From Bilabrum cf. latius (lineage: Eukaryota), in NCBI GenBank assembly GCA_965178125.1, contig OZ237770.1, forward strand, positions 372,001 through 436,000: a stretch of 64,000 nt of DNA, read 5' to 3'. Shown piece after piece: positions 52,901 through 63,509 of this stretch (its first letter is position 1; each line of letters opens with the position of its first letter). The translations under genes were made by a program, and so were the position numbers. The notes under the pieces are model-generated. The model did not search any database. It saw only the letters and a program-made list of their open reading frames with translations, and had not been told where the DNA came from.

Positions 52901-55900
52901 GGCACCCCGGGGTGGTGACCCGGTCCCCCTGCCGACGTGTTCCCTGGGTGGTGACCCGGTTCCCCTTCCCACATGTTCCCTTAGCTCGTCGAAATCATCG
53001 CCATCTACTTCAATTGCATCTCCAGTCGACTCATGTGCATGTGCATGTGCATGTGCATGTGCATGTGCATGTGCATGTGCAGGGGCATGTGCATGTGCAT
53101 GTGCATGTGCAGGGGCATGTGCATGTGCAGGGGCAGGTGAAGGTGCTTGCTGCTTGCCTTTCCTCCGACGAGCCAGCAGCAGGGCAGCTGCAGAGGGCTT
53201 GCTCACCTGCCTGGGAGGGGGGGCCGGCGCCAGCGGACGAGCCTCCTCCATCTATTGTGCGGCTGCTGTCTAGCTCGTTTCACCGTGGCTGCCTTCACCC
53301 TTGCCCTCGCCCGTGCCTTTGCCATCGTGGGATGCATCGCCGCCGTGCTTGTCTTGTCTGGACCCAGCCAATGAGGCCGTGACGCTGGGAGACATGGCAC
53401 CGGCAATGGCGTCCCCATCGACCCCGGGGGTACGCGGGGTCATTGCTCCCCTGGTGGGGGGCGGACTCGCGAACGATGCCACGCTGATGTGGTCCTCATC
53501 ACCATCACCATCACCATCACCACCGTCCCCATCACTATACTCATTCGCACCGCCATCTCTATTCCCGCCAAAATCACCTGCCCCGGGCTCTCTGCCACCC
53601 TCTCTCTCACCCGGCCCTGGGTCATCCTCGATCTCCTAACCGAGGGACCCATAGCTAGGCACGTCCGCTCCTCTACCCCCCCACCCCTGCACCTGCTCCT
53701 GCTCCTTCTCCTCCTCCTCGCCGTTGCCATTGCCATCGCCGTCGATGGAGTCAGCCTCCGGGACATCCACTTCTCCCAGTCCTCCCGCCTTGGACCAAGA
53801 CTGACTCAAATCAACTCGCTGCATCGATCGACCTCCCTGCGACGACTGGCCCACGTCCCCGCTTCCCCTTGTTGGCGTCGTGCGTTTGTCCTGAGAGACT
53901 GCATTCGAGTGGGCTGCTGAGTCCCCGCTGCCATGCAATGCACCCCCGCTGGCCCCCAACCCCTCCCCCAACTGAGTCACGCTAGCGGCCAGCTGCTCCA
54001 GCGCCACCTCGATCCGATCCATTTGGCCACCCCCCGCAGAACCGGGGCTTGCGCCGGGGCTGCGCAGCGGCCGCACATCGGTGTGACGAGTATCTTCCAG
54101 GGCTAGCTCCACTCCTTTTCCGCCTGCTGGTCCTGCCAGCTCGCCGTGACCCTCAGCCTGTGAGTCGGTTGGCTCACCCGTGGGGCCCTGGTTCTGGCTC
54201 TGCATCGGCACTGACCCGACATGCTCATGTGCGCGCACCTGCACCTGCCCGCGCACCTGCTCATGTTCCCTGTCGATCCCTGCTCGACTAAGATCTCCGC
54301 TCGTCACACCAACATCAGTACCACTCGTCACACCGAGTGGTTCCCCAGGCCCAGCCAGCGCGGACAGTGTCAGCGTGCCACCCTCGGCTTCATCTCCATC
54401 TCCATCTCCATCCCGATCTTCTTCTCCTTGGTTTTCTTCCTCCTCGGCTTGCTGTCCCCGCCCATGCTGCTTCTGCTTGGCTCTCCCGCTATTTCGATTG
54501 CCTTCTGCACGCCCCACCCCTTCCTCAGGCCCTCCCCTCCCAGGGGGCTCCCCCCCGATGCTCCATCGCCTTACACCCTCCTTCTCTTCGATGCCGAGTC
54601 CCTGCTCCGATCCTACACCCCCACCCCCATCCCCACCCTCCGCCAGCACCATCAGCGACCGGGCCAGCTCCCGCATCGCACCCCGGTCCAAGCCGGCGAT
54701 CGTCTCTAGAGAGGGGCCGCGAGCACCACCGTGCGATGCACCCGCATCCACGGAGCCCCCGTCGGCCTTTTCATCATGTTCAGTGTGACGAGTGACCTAC
54801 CCCCCCCGGGCCCGCCTGCTCTGCAGCTGCTTGCCCAGCGCCTCGGCCAGCGATGCCGCCAGCTTCACAGCCACCCGCTCCACGACAGCGGCGCTGCTGT
54901 CGCTGTCGGCGTCTTGGGTGTGACGAGTGCGGTCCGTCGGTGGCTCCTGTGTACCCACCATTCCTGGTCTGACCCTAAAGCCTGTACTGGTGCCACTCGT
55001 CACACTGGTACCCCCGCCAGCGCCACCGGCTCCCTTTCGCAGCGGCCCGCTGGTCCGGTGATCGGTTGCAACCGCCGCTGCGGGGGTCGCGGTGGGGGTG
55101 GGAGGGGCGGGCATACCCGGAGGGGGCGCCGGCTGCGGTGCACCAAATGCACTCGTCACACCGCTCGCGCCGCTGGCTAGCTGCCAGCCGCCTGCAGTGC
55201 CCTCCCCGCTGCCACTGCCCCTCCCCCTCTTCCCCCCCTTCTCCCTCTCCCTCTACCTCTCCAGCTGCCCCCGCATCCTCTGCACCTTCTCCTCTGCCTC
55301 TGCCTCCACAATGGCCAGCCGATTCGCGATCGCCTCCACTGCCTCCTCCGCCTCCCTCCTCCCCTCTTCAGCCTCCAGCACCCTGCCCCTCAGAGCATCC
55401 AGCTCGGCCCGCTCCCGCCCCGCAGCGTCCTCTCCGTCCAGCGCCCTGGTCTCCAGCTCTTGTTCCCTGGACCTGGCCGCCTGCAGCTCCCTCACCAGCC
55501 CCTCTTTCTCCTGACCCCACGCCTCCTCCCTCTCCACCAGCAGACCCTCCGCCTGCCTCCGCCTGTCCCTCTCCTCATCCACGCGCCGCTGCAGCCGGGA
55601 CACAAGGGCGCGCGCCTCCTGCTCCCCCCCCAGCCCCAGCCGAGCCATCGCCTCCGCGCTCAGCCCAAGCTCCCGCCCCAAGCTCACCAGGGTCTGCGCC
55701 CCCGGGCGGCGCCCCACCCCCCTTGCCCTTGCAGCGAAGAGCAGTGAGCTCTGAGTCTCGGACACGTGGTCGTCCGATGGACTCAGGCACACCACCAGCG
55801 TCAGGGAACAGCCGCGCTCGGCGATCACTGAGGCGGGGGTGTGACGAGTGCTTGAAGATCCCCCTTGCCCCCCCTCGTGTTCCTCCTCCCTCTCCTTCTC

Positions 55901-58072
55901 CTCCGCATTCCCATTCCCCCCCCCACTCCCACTCCCTCTGCCACTGGCTTGGTGCTCCCCGAGCCGAATGCCCAGACCCTCCCCCGCCGTGGCCAAACAT
56001 GGCTGCAGCAGCCGAGTGAGCCTCGAGTCACGCCAGGGAACAAACGGGCCCTTGCCCCTCCTGCGGGCGTGCCTTGCCGCCGCCTCGCTGCCCCGCCCCG
56101 CCACCACCACCGTGGAGCCGGCCTCATCGGCAGCCGCAGCCAGGCCAGACACCACGGTCCCAAGCGCAGTCAGCGACGAGTTGATGTCCCGTGCCTCAGC
56201 CAGGGACTGGGGGTCTATCCCCGCCCCCGCACCGGGGTCCAGCCGCTGACCCCTCCCACCTCTACCCCCCTTCCCCTGGGGAGACCCCTTGGCCCCCGAC
56301 CATGGCCCCGCCCCCGCCGCTGCCCTATGCAGCCTCTCCGACCCCGCCAGATCCACGAAGGTCAGTCGACTCTCCTGCCAGGGCCCCACCTCGCGGACCC
56401 AGCCCCGCCCCGCCCCGCCCCCCTCCTCCTCACCACTCGTCACACCGTCATCCAGCCCGTCGAACCGTGACTGCAACCCACCCGAGGACTCCGCTGTCCC
56501 CCTCCCCCCTTCGGCTCCGTACCGACCACCACTCTCCACACCTGCCTCCCTGACCCTCCTCACCTGCCGCCTCCTCACTCGAACCAAAAAGAAGGAATGC
56601 CCGCGGGACGAGGCGTGGTTCCAAGCCGTCGATGCCACCGTCCGCTGCCTGGCGCCTTCGGACAACAAGCCGAGCACGCCCCTGACGTCACTGCATGCGT
56701 GTTCTCCAAGCCCACGGACCCAGGACCCCCCAGGCCCGTCCCGCACTTCCAAATCCCGCAGCACGCGGGACCCCTGCGTGTGACGAGTGCTGCCCACGGC
56801 GCCGCCTTGCCTGCCCCCCTCGGGCCCCCACTCGTCACCGTCCTCCTCCTCTCCTATCGCCGACCCCCCACTCGTCACACCGCCACCGCCTCGGCCGTCG
56901 TGGTGCTCCAAGAGGTCCTGTGCCCTCCCGAGATACAGCTGAAGGAAGGAAACGCTAAACCGGAACTCACTCCAGGACTCCACCTCGCACTCCACCCGGC
57001 CGTCTGCCCCTGCGTCCGCCCCTGCGTGCACCCCCCCCAGAATGGATGAGGCAGACGAGGACAGCGGGGACAGGGCGGGGCTCCCCACCCGCACGCCGGA
57101 CACATGCTCACGATCATGCTCGATGTCATGCTCATGCTCGCTGTCATGCTCATGCTCGGCTCTCCACTTGGCACCCCGACCAGCCGCCGCCCACGCAGCC
57201 GAGGGCGAGTCGGGCGCGAAGACTCCCTCCACCGCCCCCCTGCCCCTGCCTCTGTTTCCCCCCCCGCCCAAGCCAAGTGCCGAGGAAGCAGAGGCGCTGG
57301 AGGACGCGCGGGATCGGATCGCATCTCCCGCCCCATTGTTCCCCGGCCCACCGCCCCTCCCGCCCTGCATCCTCACATTCACCCTCCTCCTCATCCTCTA
57401 TAGATTCATCCTCCTCCTCTCTCTCCTTGGCCGCCCCAGCCGCGCCGCCGCCTCGAACAGCTCGTGCATGGCTCTCGGGATGAGACCCAGCCTAGAGGCG
57501 TCGTGCGCCGTGGCCCTGCGGCCGTCCAGCGAGGGCCCGAAGAGAGTGTAGGTCTTCCCCGAGCCAGTCTGACCATAGGCAAGCACCGTGGAGGACACGC
57601 CCCGCAGAGCGTCAAGCACCGCAGCGGCACCGGCGTCCCTGTACACGTCCGCCTGCGCCGCGTGGGGGTCGAAGGCGTGGTCGAAGACGAACCTTCGCTC
57701 GCGTTCGCTCCCCCGGGCCCCTGAGCCCCCGCTGGTGCCGGAGCTGCTCCGGGCACCGCTCTCGCTATCGTAAGGCCCCTCCCCCCGCCCCCCCCTCTGC
57801 TTGGATGGGGCCCTCGCCGCGCCCCGTCTGGGAGGCGAGGGCGATGCGGCTGATCGATTCCGTGCACCGCGCTGCCTGGAGCCAGACCTGGCCTTTGAGG
57901 AGCGCGTCTGCTGTGATTGCACGTGCTGGTGAGGGGCTGCTCGCAGCGTGATGCTCTGCTCTGACGGGTGGGCCTGGATGCGTTGGCACATGCCGTCGTG
58001 AGACGCGGGCGGGCGCAGGCGGGCGCAGATCGTGACGCGCTGGCAATCGACGACGCCCGATGACCGAGCCAT
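49958..58072 (-). CDS. Kinesin-like protein with N-terminal motor, coiled coil and long disordered tail, ~2704 aa; many in-frame TAG
   Basis: Motifs VTICARLRP, FVFDHAF, LAYGQTGSGKTYTL, GLIPR, SVSFLQLY, NHASSRGH, LTFVDLAGSER, INSSLTALG, FVPWRDSRLTRLLQ and SETQSSLLFAARA. ORFs 57398, 55253, 54797, 53636, 53270, 52475, 52019, 51245, 50648 and 49958 share one frame joined by TAG only. Ends at TAA 49958-49960, where GC content drops. Confidence 0.85.
53032..53130 (-). repeat. (CATGTG)n microsatellite encoding an (HA)n run
   Basis: catgtgcatgtg... tract; AHAHAPAHAHAH in ORF 52475..53251. Confidence 0.9.
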
Positions 58073-58456
58073 GATTGAAGATAAAGGGCTCTAGGGCTGA
58101 CCCGTCACAGGTGACACAGGCGCATCGTCATCCGCCCGACTCTGTGCACGAACCCTGCGCATGGCAAGCTTTGGAGGCCGGTACCGAGACTGCCCGGTTT
58201 GATCTCCCTATCGCTGCATGAAACCGATCGAGTATGTATTGACAGCTAATACCACCCGACCAAATATACAAATATGAGTAAACTTAGCGTGTGATTGCGG
58301 TGCAATCGCAAACGGCAAGCAACATTCGTCGTCACACCACTTTCCAAATCCAAGCAAATATTCCCTCCGCTACAGGGCGCTTTGCGCTCGAGAAGTAAGA
58401 GCGCCATCCGGTTTAGTAGACTAGTGCGCTACTGGCGCAGGCCTCTGGTTGATTAC

Positions 58457-61400
58457 ATGCTGCCTAACCCCTACAAACGGTTGCGAACAGAGGCCGGTCA
58501 GACAACCAGTACAGATCGATCGGCGTCTGGTAGTGTTATGAGCGAACGAGGAATTACACATGAACCCAGTAGGATACGCGATCCTATTGTCAGGCCTACA
58601 CCGCTGCATCCGGACTATGACGTGGACCGTGCGGCACAGCACCTGTCAGCGAACCGCCCCTCCGCGTCGGATTTCTTCTACATGCCCGCTGGCAAGGCCT
58701 GGTGGTTGCACTCGGAAGCCTGCAGGGAGGCCTAGGCCTCTGGAATAGCCTCAGAATGCGGCTGCCACTCTGTGCCCCAGCCATCACTCCCTGCCGAAGA
58801 CGGAGTAGTGTCTAGCACGTCCTCCCTACTGCCAGCGGTGCCCTCCTCCTCCCAGTGGGAGGGCCCTTGGCTCAGGTTCGCGAAACCGTACGCCTTCCGG
58901 TACAGGGCCTCTGCCAAGCGGCGCTGGCTGGGCCGCACTCTCCTGGACGTGGTGGAATCTGAGTTCGGAGGCTCCGAGCCCGGATGGTGGAGGGAGGGCA
59001 TCCGGTCGGGGCGGGTGCGGGTGCGGGGAAGGAGGGTGGACCCGGGGCACGTGCTGCGGGACGGTGACACGGTTGCGTCACACGTCATACGGTACGAGCC
59101 TCCTGCACTGGCAGTGTCGGGCGAGTGGGCCAGCGAGCCAGAGGCAGCCAAGACAGCCGTGCGGTCGCTGGTGCGCCATCTGCTCCCCGGGATGGCGGTG
59201 GTGGACAAGCCCCCGTCCGTGCCCGTGCACCCCTCAGGCCCCCACGGGCGGTAGAGCCTCACCATGCTGCTAGAGGGACTCGCGGGGATCGGGGGGTTGC
59301 ACCCGGTGCACCGGCTGGATCGGCCCACCGGTGGGTTGGTGCTCATGGGGAGGTGCAAGGCTGCCGCCAGGGAACTAACCCAGCTGTTGGCCACGGTGGA
59401 GGCGGGACTCAACAAGGAACAGCCTCAGGAGGAACTGGAGCACGGACATGAACCAGAGGGGGCGAAGGCCAGTGGGCAGGTGTCCGCTGCCAAGCCTTCC
59501 ACAGGACCGAGCGGTGACAAAGCACCGCGCGAGCCCCAGCCCCAGCCCCAGTCCCAGCCAATGTCAAAGCGGAAGGCCCGCAGGCTCGTAGCCATGCAGG
59601 AGGCGAAAGACCGGAAGAAGAGGGCCAGGGAACAAGCCAAGGGGGGCCTCATGGCTCGGCTGGAGGCAGCCATGGGGGGCAGGGAACAAGCCAGGGAACA
59701 AGGCTGGATGGCCGTCCGGAAGACGTACGTGGCCAGGGCCACGGCTGGGGGCTGGGCGGCGGTGGGGAGCGCACTCGTCACACCTCCTAGGGCGGGCGCG
59801 GGGCCCGAGGAGCTTGCAGAGGCGCAGGGGCGGCTCGCTCGGGCCTTCCCCCGCCCCTCCTGGCTGGGACCATTGGGCGGTGTGACGAGTGCGCCCGACT
59901 GGAGGGTGAGCTGGGAGTGGTGCGGGCCCATGGGGCCGGGCAAGAGCCTGTACGGGGGAGAGGTGAAGCAGGCTGTGACGAGTGATGAAGCGACGACGGG
60001 TGCGTCGCTCGACATAGGGGCAATCGATAGAGCCGCAGCATCTTCATCTTCATTCCCAACCGCAGCGCCGCCATCATCCGCAGCATCATCTCCTTCGCCG
60101 TCTCCTGCCCGGCCTCCCCACCCGCTGGGCTGGTTGTGGGGGGCGGGTCCGTTGCCCGCCGCAGCGACCGCAGGTCCCAAGCTGGGCAAGCGGCAGAGGG
60201 GGGAAATGCGAAGGACGGGTGCGGGTGCATTGCACGGTGGTGCTGCTCCAGTGGGTGTGACATCCGCTGGAGCCAGGGGTCATGCAACGGCGGGGGGTGC
60301 CCCTGCCTCTGGACCTGGCGCCGCCCCGCACTCGTCACACCGCGACTGGCCGGATCCCATCGCCGCGTCCTGCCCCTCGCCCGCCTCGCCGCTGGCCCCC
60401 GTGGACAGGCCCGGATATTGGCTCCGAGTCGAGTGCCCCCTGGGCTCCTTGATGCAGATGGCGCAGCACCTGAGGGGGCAGCGCGACAAGGCCAAGAATG
60501 AGGACGATGAAAAGGCCATGAAAGCGGACGAAGGCAAAGAAGTGGCGGGTGCTGATGGAGGGACGGGACCCCCTGATTTGGGCTCCGAGTCCCCGATCCC
60601 TCCCCGGCTGTGCACAGTTCAGAGCGCCCTGCCTGTGTGTGCGGGTGGCCGGCGGGCAGTGACCTACTTCAGGCCCATCGGGGGGTCTTGGTCATGGGGG
60701 GGTGATGGAGGGAGTGGGAGAGCTGCATCATCATCATCATCACCATCATCGTCGTCCTCGTCGTCATCATCATCATCATCATCATCTGGCCCAGTGTTTG
60801 CGTGTCGCCTGGCAAGCGGACGGACCCACCAGATCCGGGTGCACCTGCAGATGCTGGGCCTTCCCATCGAAAATGACCCCAAGTACGCCATGGAGACTGA
60901 CACCGGGTCACCATAGCATCTACATGCAGCAAGTTCAAGCTCAAGCTCAGGCGCAGGTGCAGGTGCATCGCACTGTAGCGCGCTGGACCAGCTCCGGGGC
61001 CTGCCGTCCCTCCAGCTGGCCATGCGCGAGTCAGGCGTGCAGTTGCCTGTGGGCCATGGCCAGAGCGTTGGAGAGAAGGAAAAAGAAGAGGTGGTGACGA
61101 GTGCAGTAGGAGCGGGTGATTTGGGGGCAGGAAGTGCAATGGGGGTGAGCAAGACGATCGAGGCTGCATCGGCTCCCGATGGGTCTCACTCGTCACACCC
61201 AGGAGAGTCCCTGTACCTGCGCGGAATCGCTGACCCCTTCCGTCCCGGGATCGTGGTGAGAGCCATGCAACGTGTGACGAGTGCATCGGGCCAGGCGGGC
61301 CCAGGGGCATCAGCGCCGCTCCTGGGAAGCAGTGCGCTGGCCCGCGCCGCTTCGATGGCAGAGCAGGCAGGGGTGCCCCGTGAGCCGGGAGATGATGAGG

Positions 61401-61711
61401 TGGTTGCAACCTGGGCGGAGCCGGGTGGTGGTAGTGGGGGCGGGGGCAGCGAATCCAAAGCAAAGGAGAAGGAGAAGCAATTCAAAGGTGCGGGGCATGG
61501 TGACGACGGGGGAGAGGCCCCCTTGCGGTGGGGCTAGATCCGTGGGGCCAGCGCATTTGAGACAAGAGGGGCCGAGAAGGAGTTCACGGCTGCTCAGCTG
61601 AAGCACATGGGCCTGTGGCTGCACTCGGTGAGGTACCAGGGGCCGGGGTTCTGCTTCGAGGTGCCTCTTCCCGGTTGGGCAGCTCCTCCTGGTAGAACCG
61701 GTTCGGCTTGA
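58457..61711 (+). CDS. RluA-family RNA pseudouridine synthase (RPUSD2/RIB2-like), ~1084 aa; 4 in-frame TAG
   Basis: Motifs PYAFRYRASAKRRWLGRTLLDV, an S4-like segment, VVDKPPSVPVHPSG, catalytic HRLDRPTGG, RKTYVAR and SGRTHQIRVHLQMLGLPIENDPKY. After TAGs at 60914 and 61535 comes the conserved end GLWLHSVRYQGPGFCFEVPLPGWA, then TGA at 61709. The other TAGs are at 58733 and 59252. Confidence 0.9.
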
Positions 61712-61995
61712 AGGCATCAGGGATGCTATGGTGTGGTATGGTGTGGTATGCTGGGACGACGGTGCACTCGGTGGTAGGCCCATGCGGGCCACCCTGGTGC
61801 TTGACAGTGGTACTGGCACGGCAGTGGCAGTGGCAGTGGCAGTGGTACAGGCAGTGGTTGCCGCGCCCCAGAGCGCACATGTGTTTGTCGCTTGTTCCGG
61901 GTTAGAGATCGAGCCGAGAATACAAACGATAATCAAGATTCTCTTGCTCTGCCTTGCTTGTATTCAGATTTTGTCTGGTCGTAAATATAATACGG

Positions 61996-63509
61996 ATGTC
62001 AATGGTAAGCAAAAATGAGTTTTTGAAGAGGCTTGAAGAGACAGTGAGTGGAAAACGCCCCTCCGAGCTCGAAGCTGACCTGGTAGCAGTGCTGGATACG
62101 CTGCCCTCGGACTGCCACGACTGGGTAGACTGTTCAATTAGGGGTACGTCAAATGCGCTTGGAGTAGTGTCTGGTACTAGGAACGATAAAGCCGCAAAAG
62201 TATTGCTCGATCATGGGGCAGACCCAAATGGACGGCTTGGCCAAGTGAGACAAGTGCTCCATCTGTACGGCCAGTCGAACGATTTTTGCTGAGATTGCTT
62301 CCTTTCAATTGAATGCTAGATAATGCAGTGGGACCCACCGCTAGTGCACGGAGTAGTTGGTAGGAATACATCAGCATGCACAGACTTGCTCGTTGCGGGT
62401 GCTTCGATCCGCCAGGCGATTCAACATTATCCAGCCTTGGTAAGAACAACAATATCGCAAGAAGCCCCCCTACTCGTGATGCCAACTGACACAATTGATT
62501 TGATCGGGATCCTACTCTCCGCCATCACACCCACTTCCAGGTCTCGGACCCTGGCAATCAGCACGTCCTGCAGGTGAGCCTGGCTCAGATGATAGAAGGG
62601 AATATGAAGCAATGCCCAGGCCTACTAGCGAGTAAAGATGAATCGGGGCGCGCATCACGCTTCATAGACGTGCTGGGACTCCACGTGAGCGATGCGCCCG
62701 TCGATGTGCTCGCATACCTGCTCGTCCGGTCGTTGAGCGACCTCCCGGTTGTAACCGTGCTGCTGGACCTGGCCCAGTCGACACACCCTGGCGTGCTGGC
62801 CTGGAGGAAAGCCACAGAGACCAGCCACAGCTTGCTCCACGATATGCTGCTCGTCAGTCCCAAGACCCGGGCCACGTCCACTGCCTGGACAGACAAGGAC
62901 CGACATGGACATGCGCTGTGGTACTCGTAGCGACTTGTCAGGACCGTGGATGCGGGCAAATTGGCCTCGGTGTGGACACTGCTCAGGGCGCTTAGAATCA
63001 GCTGCGGGTCCGTGGTGCACTGCATTGCAGCGCTCCCGGAGCACCCCATGGATGAGGTGCGGCGGCACGTGCCTCCGCTGGGAGCGGGGGCCGTGGGGCG
63101 GGCCGTGCGGAGGGCGCAGAGAATCAGGAGATTGCACGATTTAAGGCATTGCGCGGATGCCAAGAGGGATGCTGGCCTGGTGTTTCAGGCGGCCAAAGAG
63201 GGCAGGCCCATGGAGCTGGCCAAGCGTCTGAGGCTGGGCGTGCTGGCGGGCGGGCTGGAGATGAAGGGCGAGGTGGAGGACGGGGCGGGCGGGACCAGGG
63301 TGATGGGTCCGCTGGAGGCGGCTCGGTTGGGAGGACATAACGAGTGCGTGAAGGTGCTGGAGGAATCGGAGAAAACCTCGTCAGTCAGGCGGGCGGATGC
63401 TCGGGCAAGGGTGCTAAAGATTAGGGGTGTGGAAGAGAAGGCAGCTGAGGAGGTGAGATAGCACAGCGAGCATGCCCGGGATCGTCTGGATCAGCCAATG
63501 CCTCGGTGA
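61996..63509 (+). CDS. Ankyrin-repeat-containing protein, ~430-440 aa. Predicted introns 62245-62328 and 62440-62573 (alternative acceptor at 62540); in-frame TAG at 62928 and 63459
   Basis: Ankyrin-like segments KAAKVLLDHGADPN, DPPLVHGVV..ACTDLLVAGA and GPLEAARLGGHNECVKVL. GT-AG junctions are phase-compatible. Terminal TGA at 63507. Confidence 0.65.

Larger units (their letters stand above)
719..61283. repeat. Dispersed 12-bp word CACTCGTCACAC / GTGTGACGAGTG, ~45 perfect copies inside exons
   Basis: Examples: 719, 806, 869, 964, 1992, 14737, 14869, 17245, 18543, 20020, 22018, 22520, 23596, 24885, 25225, 25514, 28588, 30013, 30199, 30922, 31474, 32425, 33955, 35734, 36196, 39824, 41161, 42326, 50800, 51896, 52231, 54322, 54783, 54918, 54994, 55150, 55839, 56434, 56778, 56869, 59772, 59880, 60329, 61187, 61272. 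Confidence 0.93.

Noticed and set aside
33777-53130. (GM)n, (HA)n, (GA)n, (GS)n and (EG)n dipeptide runs as functional motifs
   Set aside because: Best explained as ordinary hexanucleotide slippage within disordered regions.
12217-61711. Pyrrolysine or programmed leaky readthrough at UAG
   Set aside because: Pyrrolysine is a prokaryotic system, and dozens of TAGs per gene, including tandem TAG-TAG, are incompatible with leaky readthrough. The context points to Gln.
9775-62573. Three predicted introns of exactly 134 nt starting GTAAGA (9775-9908, 44264-44397, 62440-62573), a possible introner family
   Set aside because: I see no internal sequence similarity, the third has an equally plausible in-frame acceptor at 62540, and other introns range from 84 to 325 nt. 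Probably coincidence unless genome-wide intron lengths peak there.
1942-63509. Mass pseudogenisation or RIP/deamination-type C-to-T damage as the cause of in-frame TAGs
   Set aside because: Such processes would also create TAA (from CAA), TGA (from CGA) and frameshifts. None were seen inside the frames, and catalytic motifs are largely intact.
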